Source: an uncultured candidate division Zixibacteria bacterium (GTDB lineage Bacteria; Zixibacteria; MSB-5A5; UBA10806). Taken from it: 64,000 nt of DNA. A program made the position numbers and the translations under genes. The notes beneath the pieces are model-generated. The model worked only from the letters and a program-made list of their open reading frames with translations. It ran no database searches and was not told where the DNA came from. Location: assembly GCA_963801605.1 (NCBI GenBank), contig CAWDFP010000006.1:928001-992000 (forward strand). The letters are read 5' to 3'. Below, in pieces: positions 9,534 through 19,401 of the stretch; the stretch's first letter is position 1, and the number at the start of each line of letters is the position of its first letter.

Positions 9534-10180
9534 TAGAATATGTAAACCGGTGTGCCCGGCTTTACCCTATCATAAATTAACTTGAGATCTTCGGAGCCTA
9601 AACGAACACAACCATGTGTCACACTCACCCCGAGCAATCTCTCATACACCGTTCCATGTATAAAATAACCGCTGCCAAATCCAAGCGCGAAATCACCTAA
9701 CATCTCCGGGTCAAGCCGTTCGCTTTCTTCCTTGGGAGGCTTTTCCCCTTCCTCGATAAATGCCCAGTCAGGTTTTCTCCACCAGGGCTGTTTGATCTTA
9801 TTGAGGATCTTGAATGCTCCCCGAGGCGTATTAAACTGCCATTTGCGGCCGGTCAGGCTGTCGACAAGGATTCCGCCGTTGCCGGTCGAGCAGGTAAACT
9901 TGTAAATCAACGAATCTTCGGTGCGATAACTTAATTTGTTGGCATGGGTATCGATAACGATATATGGCATTTTAGGCTTGAAAGCTTGAAGATCCTTACG
10001 CGCCTTGACAAGCTCTTTTTGGGCCAGTTTTTTATCGGCTGGTAAGGGCGCAAATGTGGTATCGCTTAGCATCGTCATGCTCTCGGATGGCGGTTTAGCA
10101 TCCCTGAATACGATGAAAGCGCCAAGAGCAGCCGCAACGATAAAAAGCGGTAAAATTACGAATAGAAACACCTTTTTCAT
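9533..10180 (-). CDS. L,D-transpeptidase, ErfK/YbiS/YcfS-like, with N-terminal membrane anchor
   Basis: TPRGAF, PWWRKPDW, LGDFAL..GYFIHGT...LGVSVTHGCVRL; start placed at ATG 10180 (ATGA overlap with the upstream stop). Confidence 0.9.
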   Translation of the reverse strand: MKKVFLFVILPLFIVAAALGAFIVFRDAKPPSESMTMLSDTTFAPLPADKKLAQKELVKARKDLQAFKPKMPYIVIDTHANKLSYRTEDSLIYKFTCSTGNGGILVDSLTGRKWQFNTPRGAFKILNKIKQPWWRKPDWAFIEEGEKPPKEESERLDPEMLGDFALGFGSGYFIHGTVYERLLGVSVTHGCVRLGSEDLKLIYDRVKPGTPVYIF

Positions 10181-11254
10181 GGCCATAAATCCGATCGACG
10201 GACTATGGTTATTGGCATGCCGACCGAGGCAAACTGCATTAGATGATCGATATCGCGATCCGAGAGGGCCACGCAACCATCAGTCCAGTCTTTGTTTTTG
10301 CCCCCTTGACCATGGATCTCAATTAAAGCGCCGGCCCGGGCATAACGGGAAATGATTCCCTTGGCTTTATTTTCCCGGAGGCGACGGAGATCCGTCTGGT
10401 TTGGGTAATTAATTAATAACGCATGGTGAAATTTGCTGCTAACTTTAACCTTTGTCACATAATATGTTCCTTCAGGCGTGGCACCGTCGCCGGCAAACAA
10501 GTTTTTGCCGGGCCGAATTGTAGCCCAATTCGCAATTATACGAGCGAACCAAATCTCCGCCCTTAACCAGGTGCGCCTTATGAGCACTTTTATCGATTAT
10601 TAGGGCATAAGTTCCGTTTGCCCGTGACTGCTTCAGAGTCTCTCTTACCCATTGACGCCAAACACCAATCTTTCTGGCCTCATCATTGGCATATTCGGCG
10701 ACTGTGTTTTCCATATTCCGCAATTCATCTCGTCCCTTTTCAAGGGTTTTGCGAGCCTCGTCAAATTCCTGTTTGCGAATGAGGTTATCGGCCTGGTTCA
10801 GTGCAAACTCGGCAGATGTCCAATGTCGTTCGGCCTGGAAATTTTCGAGAGAGCCATCCAGAGATTCGCGCCAGGTATGAAGCTCATCTAACAATTCTGC
10901 CCGTTCCGATAATGCCAACGAATCGAGATTGCGAATAGTTTCCATTGTCTGGCGCTGGGCGTCCCGGGCGGTTTGTGAGGCCAACTTGAGGAGCGAATCG
11001 GCGTGTTGGTAATCGCGAAATGGAGCCAATCGTCCTTTCTGATGGGCAATTTCAAGCCAGCCGTCCCGTAAATACTTCTCTGCATTGCGATATTGATCCT
11101 TGTGATATCGTAATGCCCCGGAATCAGCAGCCAATTTTAGAGCGGTTTTGGCACCATCATAAACGGCCATGGGAGGATCCTGACAACTTAAAGTTGCGAG
11201 AAATAAAATTATTATGATTGCCGATAAGGTTCGTGTTAAATGTCTCAACTTCAA
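10177..11254 (-). CDS. Lipoprotein with a helical DUF4398-like stalk and C-terminal YafK/DpaA/Csd6-type YkuD domain; frameshift near 10500
   Basis: Lipobox TLSC24; ORFs 10472-11254 and 10177-10587 join at RQK/LFAGD; GDGATPEGTY, LLINYPNQTD, IEIHG...WTDGCVAL. Confidence 0.85.
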
Positions 11255-11292
11255 ATGATTCCGATACTTAACTTAAAAATTTGTTCTCTTAA

Positions 11293-11329
11293 GGCAAGGG
11301 CCGCCTTAAAAAAGACGGCCCACATTGCC
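11293..11329 (-). terminator. Stable intercistronic hairpin (partial terminator or mRNA stabiliser)
   Basis: Minus strand GGCAA-tgt-GGGCCGTCTT-tttt-AAGGCGGCCC-TTGCC just after the lipoprotein stop; no clean U tract. Confidence 0.6.
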
Positions 11330-11347
11330 CAAATTATTACTATCTAA

Positions 11348-11947
11348 TTACTTGCCAGCTTTGCGAGCTTTAGCGGCGGCAATCTCTTCCATGATCTTAT
11401 GAGCGTTCAGTACGACGCTCTCGATCTTGGATTTGGCAACCATGTACTTACCGGTGTTAATGTCCGCCTCGGCATCGGCGTATCCGGTTTGAACATTAGC
11501 TAATTCACCTTTAATCAGTTCGATGTCTGCCTTGTCGCCTTTGCCACGGGGGGCTTTGGCCAGAGCGGCGCTAGCGGAATCAACGACTGCCTTGGCGGTA
11601 GCCAGAGCTGCGACCACTTCCTGGTGCACTCTTTCCTTCTCGGTGGCGGCTTCAGTAGCGACGTTATTGAACATCTCGGTCGCCTTAACGAACATCTCTT
11701 TGGACTTGCCATAGCTTCTGAAGAGAGCGAACTTGGAATCCTGCTCCTTCTTGGCAGCGTCGGCGGCGTTCAAAGTGTCCATAGCGGCCCGGAAGCTATC
11801 CGGAACGTAAGTTTCGGCTTCAGCAGTTTGAGCAGCTCTCATCGCTGAATTGGCAGCCTGCATTTCAACCTCTGGGGGTTTGCTGCAACCAACCATCAGT
11901 GCTAACAGTGCCAGAGCGGCAACAATCAGTGTAAGACGTTTAAACAT
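11348..11947 (-). CDS. Ala-rich helical lipoprotein (DUF4398-like repeats) with C-terminal Lys
   Basis: Lipobox MVGC21; PP...A..A...A....A..Y pattern; ends AAAKARKAGK; SD AAAGGA. Confidence 0.8.
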   Translation of the reverse strand: MFKRLTLIVAALALLALMVGCSKPPEVEMQAANSAMRAAQTAEAETYVPDSFRAAMDTLNAADAAKKEQDSKFALFRSYGKSKEMFVKATEMFNNVATEAATEKERVHQEVVAALATAKAVVDSASAALAKAPRGKGDKADIELIKGELANVQTGYADAEADINTGKYMVAKSKIESVVLNAHKIMEEIAAAKARKAGK

Positions 11948-11983
11948 TGGGTCATTCCTTTCTTAAAAAATGTAATCGGTATC

Positions 11984-12026
11984 AAAAAAAATAGGACACG
12001 CGCCAGACCCATGCCAGCACACATCC
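11984..12026 (-). terminator. Leader terminator upstream of the lipoprotein/LDT operon
   Basis: Minus-strand RNA GGAUGUGUGCUGG-CAUGGGU-CUGGCGCGUGUCC then UAUUUUUUUU; several pairs are G-U and so form only on this strand. Confidence 0.6.
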
Positions 12027-12078
12027 CGCTTGCTTATTTTTTCATCGTTTGATGTTCCGTCGGATGCCGGATCGCTAG

Positions 12079-12111
12079 TTAATCCAGCCACCTCCTTTCG
12101 ATACTAGACAT
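12079..12111 (-). CDS. Candidate leader peptide MSSIERRWLD
   Basis: GGAG 5 nt before ATG; contains AGG AGG TGG codons; lies upstream of the leader terminator. Confidence 0.4.
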   Translation of the reverse strand: MSSIERRWLD

Positions 12112-12568
12112 TTCCTCTCCAACATAAATTTCCCCTAATTTCTAAAAAGTTCTATCCTCATTACTTTAGGTTGAGGTGATTAATATTAACCAGCCGTATA
12201 GTTGTCAAGTCTTTTTTTATAAAATTAATGCCAATTCGAGTGATCGACAGCCCGCGTCTGGGTTCGGTAAAGATTTACATGCTATGAGGTTGAGTCTCCT
12301 GACCGACTGTCTTTTTTAACATGGCGGTACTTCTATATGATCCATGACTTTCGAAAAACATGGGCCTTCGAGGTCCCTATCTTGTGCCATTTTTCGCAAG
12401 TATCACAAAAAATTGACTAATAATCACGATTCAATAATCACTCGTCTCGACAGATATCTCCGTTTTTCGCTGGCAAAATTGCCTATCGTCATTTCAGCCT
12501 ATTAATTTTAATACCGCGCCAAATCCAAAATGACACTCGCTATCCACGATAAAATGACATCATTAGCA

Positions 12569-13039
12569 TTATATCAGCGGCGGTTTGATACCCAGAATAC
12601 GCAAATATTGATTTATCTGGCTGCGATGATGAATGTCATGCTCAAGAAGATGAAACATTATCCAATAACCGGGCAATTTATTTATTTTCCCTCCGCGCTC
12701 ACGATCGTAGGTGTTTTCAAATATTTCAGGGGCACGTTCGAAAAATTCCTCAATTCTCTGCCAATGACAATCGAGCATGGCGGCGATCTCGGCTTTAGGC
12801 GGGCACACGCAGGGAGTGTAATCGATTGAATCATTATGATCGATAACACTGGTAATCCAGAAGTCGGATGCCTCGGCAATGTGCATGAAGATATTACCCA
12901 GAGTAATCATTTTGGGCGCCGGGGTCCATTCGAGCTTATCATCAGGCGTGATCACCAGGGCGCGATCTATCGGCGGGCGGATCTCGTTAAGCCAGAAATT
13001 CGCGAGATTCTCGATTTTCATATTTCCATTAACGCTCAT
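12569..13039 (-). CDS. DinB family protein
   Basis: WTPAP.MITLGNIFMHIA...HLLEHDIHHRSQI..YLRILGIKPP; SD GAGGT. Confidence 0.85.
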   Translation of the reverse strand: MSVNGNMKIENLANFWLNEIRPPIDRALVITPDDKLEWTPAPKMITLGNIFMHIAEASDFWITSVIDHNDSIDYTPCVCPPKAEIAAMLDCHWQRIEEFFERAPEIFENTYDRERGGKINKLPGYWIMFHLLEHDIHHRSQINQYLRILGIKPPLI

Positions 13040-13118
13040 TTAACCTCACTTGAAACATGACTTGATTTTAATCAAAACTTGAGTTTCTAATTTAAAAGGT
13101 ATGTAGCTGCCGGTTAAT

Positions 13119-13643
13119 CTAATGTTTTGTAGTATCCGGGGATGGCGGTGGAACTGTAACGCCTGTATCCAATACATATTTCCAGATTCCATCCGCTTGT
13201 TTTTTCCAGATTGTCACATATAAGCCGTAAGATATTTTCTCCGCTCCTGTTGAATCTTTATAAACAAACTCTGATTTCCCCAGAGTGTAACCCAGATCAT
13301 TTGAAGCAGAAATATCGGAATAATAGGGAGCCCATCGAAGAGCTGTTCCTGCAGCATCGCCATAAAGCGCGCGAATAGCCTCCCGGCCAATAATCGGCCC
13401 GGAATTTCTCCTTAATATAGTGGCGGAATCGGCAGCATAGAATGCGAAGGCCTGGGCTATGCCGCTATCGGATGCCATCTTGGCAAATTCAAGATCAGCC
13501 TGAATTATAGCATGGTTGGGGATTTGAACCTCGGATATTGGAACTGCCTGCTGTCCCGACTGTGCCAGACAATTATTTGAAACAATTATACTTAACGAAA
13601 GTGAAGCTATTATTAACAAAACATTAAATAATTTGGATGACAT
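13119..13643 (-). CDS. Secreted NTF2-like/DUF4440 (SnoaL-like) protein
   Basis: Signal peptide from MSSKLF (SD GGAGG); GREAIRA, DLGYTLG, YVTIWKKQADGIWK. Confidence 0.8.
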   Translation of the reverse strand: MSSKLFNVLLIIASLSLSIIVSNNCLAQSGQQAVPISEVQIPNHAIIQADLEFAKMASDSGIAQAFAFYAADSATILRRNSGPIIGREAIRALYGDAAGTALRWAPYYSDISASNDLGYTLGKSEFVYKDSTGAEKISYGLYVTIWKKQADGIWKYVLDTGVTVPPPSPDTTKH

Positions 13644-13998
13644 AAGACCTCCTTCAATTCTGCCGGCATCATAGTTCGTTGGACTCATACAATAAACGCT
13701 TATTTCCCGCAACCATTTTTTATCTCCACGGCGGCAGGCCAATTAGCGTTTATTGCAATATTTATTAAAAATCTATTGAACTTTTTGATATTATATTATG
13801 TATTAGGTTATAGCTGACGGCGAAACACTCAAATATTACCTTTCAAAATTAACATCATTATAGTTGGCGTGATTTTTACCTTTATGGTAAAATTCCGCAT
13901 ACTTGGGATTTTTGGAAATAAAAATCTGGCGATGGCAGTGATCATTTAAGATAACGATGAGCAGCCAGAGAACGATAGGGCGATAAACGGAGGATCTA

Positions 13999-16900
13999 AT
14001 GAGCAGGGTGTTTCGGGATATGTTGAAAATTAAAAACCTGTTTGGGGCGGCGCTGCTGATTTTCTTAATAGTGTCCGTTACCACGGTTGTATTGATTCTG
14101 GCGCAACAGACCCAATCCAGGCCAGATTTAAAAGTCAAAGTTACTGATTTCAGGCCGAATGAGTATCTCAGTACTCTCGAACCGACCAATATCACAATCC
14201 GCTTTTCGCGGGACCTGATGTCTGATGATAGTCTCAATGTACTTTTTGCCGATGTTCCGATCGAAATAAATCCCCCAATTGAGGGATTGGGCAAATGGGT
14301 TGATAAAAATACCTTCACTTTTTATCCCAGTGGCCCGTTCAGGCCATCGACAGAATACATAATAAAAATCTCCAGCGCAAAAACTTATCTTTATGGCAAT
14401 CGTATCGACGAGCCGCGCACCTTTAAGATTAGGACCCCGACAATAGCCGTCAGCAATTTCTGGACTGAAATTGCGGATGTCCCCGAACCGCAATTCTGGA
14501 GCCGTCTGATAATTCACCTGACATTTACCTGCCCGGTGGATCCCAGCGAACTTAAAGAACATTTACCGTCGGTCTTAGGCGGCAAAGTGAAATTGAGCCT
14601 GATGGAACAGGCGCCTGCAAATGAGATGACTGTCGCATCAGAGCCATTCCGCAGCCAGGATTTCAATGGCAAATATGATTTTGTGATCTCCAAGGGGCTC
14701 AACTGTATAGGCGGTCAGATACCGCTTCAAGGAGATTATATCCAAAAGCTTGATATACCTAAGCCCGCGCCATTAGTAATTGAAAATGTGCGCTCCGAAG
14801 GTGCCGGCCCTAATTCGCATATCGTAATTCAACTCTCGCAATCAACCGCCCTGACCCAACTTGAGGATTTTATAACTCTGACACCCGGGATCGATTTTAC
14901 AATCAGCCAGTACTATAGCGAGATCGATTTGATCGGTAATTTCAAACCGCGCGAAACATATACTATCGCAATAAAAAAGGGACTTCGCTCCCTCGCCGGC
15001 CAGGAGTTGGAACGCGATTTCTCCGATCAGGTTATGATAGGTGATATGCCGCCGCGAATAACATTTCTCGATAACGGCGTTTTTATGTCGAAAAAAGGCG
15101 GCCAGCTTTTAGCGGTAGAAACTGTCAATATCGACGAGATCACCGTAGAGGTAGAACAGGTTTTTCCCAACAATATCGTTTATTATTTAGGCGATTACGG
15201 CCGCGGCTATCACGGTGAAGATAACGGCCGATTGGGCCGTCGAATATTCACCAAAGACTTCAAACTTACTCAAAATCTCAACGAACCCCTGACATCGACC
15301 ATAGATTTAGGCAAAATCGTGGGAGATACTCTGCATGGAGTCTACAGCGTGGCGGTGCGAAAAAAAGACCGCCGCTGGACCTACGACCAGCGTAAGGTTA
15401 TGATCAGCGATCTTGGTATTATGGCGCGCCTTTCGGATAACTATCTTATGGTTTGGATTAATACCCTCAGCGCCACTAAACCCGTGGATAATGCCAGCGT
15501 AACCCTGATTAGTCGCAATAACCAAGCTATCTTAGAGGGGAAAACCGATTCGCGAGGTCTGGCCATTTTCGAAAATATCGCTGAGAAGATCAAGAGATTT
15601 GATCCCTTTGTAATCACTGTCTCCAAGGATGGCGATCTTTCCTATTTGCAGTTTTCGGATTGCCTGATACCGACAACCGATTTCGATGTCTCTGGCAGAC
15701 CTTTTCTGGCCAAAGGTTATGAATCGTTTCTCTACTCAGATCGCGGGGTCTATCGTCCCGGCGAAACGGTTCATCTGGTTAGCGTGGTGCGTGGGGTGGA
15801 GGGTTCCGTCCCCCAGGAGTTCCCTTACAAGATAAAAATTACTGACCCCGAGGGGCGCGATTTCAAAGAGTATAAACTTGCCACGAAAGATGGCGGAATT
15901 TCCGCTCTCGATATTGAAATCCCATCATTCGCCAAAACCGGGGGCTATCTGCTGGCAGCCAAAATCGGCGATGAACTTATCGGCCAATACAATTTCCAGG
16001 TCGAGGAGTTTATGCCCGACCGCATTAAAACCGCTATCTCCACTGATAAGGAAAGTTATAACTCTGGGGATGAGGCCAGAATTGACGTCAACGGCGTTTA
16101 CTTGTTCGGGCCGCCTTGTGCGGGTAATGTGGTCGATGGCCATGTAACGCTTGAATCGGGCCTTTTCCAACCAAAAGGATTTTCGGAATATACCTTCTCG
16201 GATCCGGCAGTTGCATTTACACCTATCCAGGCGGACTTAGCATCGGATAGCCTCGACGCACAGGGCAATCACACTTATCATTACAAGGTCTCGCAAAATT
16301 TGAGGCCGCCCTCAGCTTTGAGAATGACAGTTTCCGCAACCATACGCGAAGATGGTGGCCGGGCAGTCAGCGCTTATAAGAGCGTGATGGTGAACCCCTA
16401 TAAAATTTATTTTGGTATCAAGCCCAATTTTGACGGATACGCGCGTTCAGGCGTCGCTGCTTCGTTTGGAGTGGTGGCGGTTAATGGCGATGGTCAGGGC
16501 GCTACAGCAGACTCGATCTGGGCAAAATTCTACAATATTACATATCAGAATATCATCAAGCGCGACCAGTACGGTATCTACCGATATGTCTCCGAGGAAA
16601 AAGACGTAATCATTGATTCATCACTCATCTCATTTTTCGGACAGGCTCAAACGGTTAATTTTACACCCAACGATTATGGCGCTTTCAGAGCCAGGATTGG
16701 AGTTCGAGGCGGGCATACGGCAACTGTAACATTTTATGTCCCCGGCTGGGGTTATTCTCCCTGGTCGATGGCGCATCCCGATAGAATTGATCTGACGCTT
16801 GATCGTAAAATTTATAAAGCAGGGGATAAGGCTCATCTTCTAGTTAAAGCTCCTTTTGAAGGAAAACTCCTCCTCACTTTTGAAAAAGACAAGGTACTGG

Positions 16901-19401
16901 AATTTAAAACTTACGATCTCGACAGCAACAGCGCCGAAATCGTGATTCCGGTTAAAAAAGATTATGCTCCCAATATCTATGTCACTGCCACGCTTATTAA
17001 ATCGACCACTTCTCTGGAGCGATTCTCTCCTGCCAGGGCTTTTGGCCTGGTGCCACTTTCGGTTGACAATTCCAGTATGAAGTTGTCAATGACCATCGAT
17101 GCACCCGACGTCATGAAGCCTCGGCAAAAGCTCGATTTGGCGATTAAGACCAATCTTGCTAAAGGCACCAGGCTAACGGTCGCGGCGGTCGATATTGGCA
17201 TTCTGCAATTGACTGATTTTCAGAGCCCCAATCCATTCGATTTCTTCTACGGCAAAAAGCGGCCCGGCCTGAATCCCTACGATATTTATTCATTGGTATA
17301 TCCCGATATCAAGGAGGCCGAATCGAAACTGACTCCAGGCGGCAGCAGCTACGAGGCCTCTCGAAAGCGACATCTTAATCCAATCAACGCCCGGAGAGTT
17401 AAACCTGTGGCGCTCTGGTCTGGAATTGTAGCAGTTGATGCCTCTGGATTAGCTCGCGTTTCGTTTGATGTCCCGCAATTTAACGGCAAGCTTTTGGTGA
17501 TGGCCACTGGTTTTAGCGCCGACAAGGTTGGTTCGGTATCCAAAGAGGTTACGGTTAGAGATAAGATTGTTATCCAGGAGGCACTACCGCGTTTTATTGC
17601 TGGAGGCGATACGATTCAAACCCGGGTCGTGGTATTCAACAACACGGGAGCGGATAATAATTTTGATATCACTATGGATATTACCGGCCCGGCTACGTTA
17701 ATCTCGAAAAAGAGCGCGAATGTATCCATTCCATCCAACAGTAAAGGTGTGGCTGATTTTGTAGTCCTGGCTAATGAAAAACCCGGCAAGGTTATCTTTT
17801 CTATCACGGCCTCGGGTGGGGGAGAGCAAGCGCTCGAAACTGTCGAGCTTGCTAACCGTCCCGGCCAACCCCTTTTGACCAAGCATGGCTCCGGCACAAT
17901 AAAATCCGGTACCTCGGCGCACATCAATATGTCCACAAGTTGGTTGGAGGGGACAGCCCAATACGATTTGAGAGTGTCGTCTCTTCCCACGGTGCGTCTT
18001 ACGGGAAGTATCCAATATCTTTTAACTTACCCTTATGGCTGCATGGAGCAAACAATCTCGAAACTTTTCCCGCTGCTCTATTTCAATGATCTTGCCAAAT
18101 TTCTGCAACCTGAGATTTTTGGCGGTAAGGGTCAGGATTACTTTATTGACGAGGGAATTGCCAAGCTTACGACCATGCAGCTGCCATCCGGTGCTTTCAT
18201 GTTCTGGCAAGGACAGCCGGTACCGAACCCCTGGGCAAGTATCTGGGCGACTCATTTTTTAGTCGAGGCCAGAAAGGTGGGCTACCAGGTTAGCGATGAT
18301 GTGTACGATAAGGCGATTGGAAACTTAGACCGCATGGCCAAAGATAATACTCTGGATAATAACAAAGGAGTTCTCCGCATTTACGCCGCCTATGTACTGG
18401 CCAAGGCGGGCAAGCTTGATAAAAGTGTTGTGAATAATCTCAAGCTTCTGAATATCGAAATCCTCCCGGTCTGGTCGCGCTTCCAGTTGGCCGGAACAAT
18501 TGCTATGACCAGCGGTGTCCAGGATGCCCTTTGGTTGATGCCTGCCGAGATTCACCCCATCAAGTATGAGCCTGAGACAGGAGGATATTTTGATTCCGAG
18601 ATCAGGGGGAATTCGATTCTTCTTGACGTTCTAAGCGATATTGCTCCGGATAATCCTGCCATCCCGGAACTTGTAAAGGAAGTTTCGGAAAATCTTTATG
18701 TGGGCGAGTGGTATACCACCCAAAGCAACGCTTTCGCGCTTTTGGCATTGGGACGATATTTCCATGCGCAGGAAAAACCGGATTATAACGGTTCAATAAT
18801 TGTTGACGGCAAAAAGTTTAAGCAGTTTGGAACTGAAGACCTCAACATTAATGATTTCGCCATAGGCGGTAAGGATATCGAGATCGCCATCAACGGAACC
18901 GGGACCTGCTACTACTGGTGGCAGGCCAGCGGCATAAGCGCCGATCGACAGGTGCGAGAATTTGACGATCGTTTGGTAGTAAGACGGGAGTATCTCGATA
19001 GCAAAGGCAGCCCGGTGAGCCTCGATGCACTTCAACTGGGAGATCAAATTGTGGCCAAAATAACATGCGAAGCACGTGATAAGGACCTCGATAATGTCGT
19101 TATTAACGATCTTCTACCATCCTGCCTGGAGATAGAAAATTCGCGGCTTGTTACAACCGGACGGCTTGCCTGGCTTCCCAATAGCGGAAATGGTCCTGCC
19201 TATATGGATATCAGAGATGATCGGATGCTGCTATTCGTAAACGATCTTCATCCAGGCAACCGCTTTACCTATTATTACTCGCTTCGGGTTGTTTCGAGGG
19301 GAGACTTCTTCGTGCCGCCGGTGGCCGCGGAGTGCATGTATGATCCGCTCATTGCCAGCGCAGCGTCATCGGGGCAGATGAAAGTTACTGATGCCAAATG
19401 A
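13999..19401 (+). CDS. yfhM: Bacterial alpha-2-macroglobulin (YfhM-like)
   Basis: 1800 aa; YSDRGVYRPGETV MG2 motif, FQVEEFMP, thioester YPYGCMEQ, DIRDDR, AECMYDP; followed by pbpC. Confidence 0.95.
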   Translation: MSRVFRDMLKIKNLFGAALLIFLIVSVTTVVLILAQQTQSRPDLKVKVTDFRPNEYLSTLEPTNITIRFSRDLMSDDSLNVLFADVPIEINPPIEGLGKWVDKNTFTFYPSGPFRPSTEYIIKISSAKTYLYGNRIDEPRTFKIRTPTIAVSNFWTEIADVPEPQFWSRLIIHLTFTCPVDPSELKEHLPSVLGGKVKLSLMEQAPANEMTVASEPFRSQDFNGKYDFVISKGLNCIGGQIPLQGDYIQKLDIPKPAPLVIENVRSEGAGPNSHIVIQLSQSTALTQLEDFITLTPGIDFTISQYYSEIDLIGNFKPRETYTIAIKKGLRSLAGQELERDFSDQVMIGDMPPRITFLDNGVFMSKKGGQLLAVETVNIDEITVEVEQVFPNNIVYYLGDYGRGYHGEDNGRLGRRIFTKDFKLTQNLNEPLTSTIDLGKIVGDTLHGVYSVAVRKKDRRWTYDQRKVMISDLGIMARLSDNYLMVWINTLSATKPVDNASVTLISRNNQAILEGKTDSRGLAIFENIAEKIKRFDPFVITVSKDGDLSYLQFSDCLIPTTDFDVSGRPFLAKGYESFLYSDRGVYRPGETVHLVSVVRGVEGSVPQEFPYKIKITDPEGRDFKEYKLATKDGGISALDIEIPSFAKTGGYLLAAKIGDELIGQYNFQVEEFMPDRIKTAISTDKESYNSGDEARIDVNGVYLFGPPCAGNVVDGHVTLESGLFQPKGFSEYTFSDPAVAFTPIQADLASDSLDAQGNHTYHYKVSQNLRPPSALRMTVSATIREDGGRAVSAYKSVMVNPYKIYFGIKPNFDGYARSGVAASFGVVAVNGDGQGATADSIWAKFYNITYQNIIKRDQYGIYRYVSEEKDVIIDSSLISFFGQAQTVNFTPNDYGAFRARIGVRGGHTATVTFYVPGWGYSPWSMAHPDRIDLTLDRKIYKAGDKAHLLVKAPFEGKLLLTFEKDKVLEFKTYDLDSNSAEIVIPVKKDYAPNIYVTATLIKSTTSLERFSPARAFGLVPLSVDNSSMKLSMTIDAPDVMKPRQKLDLAIKTNLAKGTRLTVAAVDIGILQLTDFQSPNPFDFFYGKKRPGLNPYDIYSLVYPDIKEAESKLTPGGSSYEASRKRHLNPINARRVKPVALWSGIVAVDASGLARVSFDVPQFNGKLLVMATGFSADKVGSVSKEVTVRDKIVIQEALPRFIAGGDTIQTRVVVFNNTGADNNFDITMDITGPATLISKKSANVSIPSNSKGVADFVVLANEKPGKVIFSITASGGGEQALETVELANRPGQPLLTKHGSGTIKSGTSAHINMSTSWLEGTAQYDLRVSSLPTVRLTGSIQYLLTYPYGCMEQTISKLFPLLYFNDLAKFLQPEIFGGKGQDYFIDEGIAKLTTMQLPSGAFMFWQGQPVPNPWASIWATHFLVEARKVGYQVSDDVYDKAIGNLDRMAKDNTLDNNKGVLRIYAAYVLAKAGKLDKSVVNNLKLLNIEILPVWSRFQLAGTIAMTSGVQDALWLMPAEIHPIKYEPETGGYFDSEIRGNSILLDVLSDIAPDNPAIPELVKEVSENLYVGEWYTTQSNAFALLALGRYFHAQEKPDYNGSIIVDGKKFKQFGTEDLNINDFAIGGKDIEIAINGTGTCYYWWQASGISADRQVREFDDRLVVRREYLDSKGSPVSLDALQLGDQIVAKITCEARDKDLDNVVINDLLPSCLEIENSRLVTTGRLAWLPNSGNGPAYMDIRDDRMLLFVNDLHPGNRFTYYYSLRVVSRGDFFVPPVAAECMYDPLIASAASSGQMKVTDAK

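Noticed and set aside
9533..10276. N-terminal extensions given by the ORF track (also 31926-32663, 29131-29547, 13119-13742)
   Set aside because: They overlap upstream genes or lack an SD; downstream starts with overlaps or SDs and family-typical N-termini fit better
10490..10510. Programmed ribosomal frameshift in the DpaA-like gene (and other split genes)
   Set aside because: No canonical slippery heptamer with a downstream structure, and similar indels are scattered across the window
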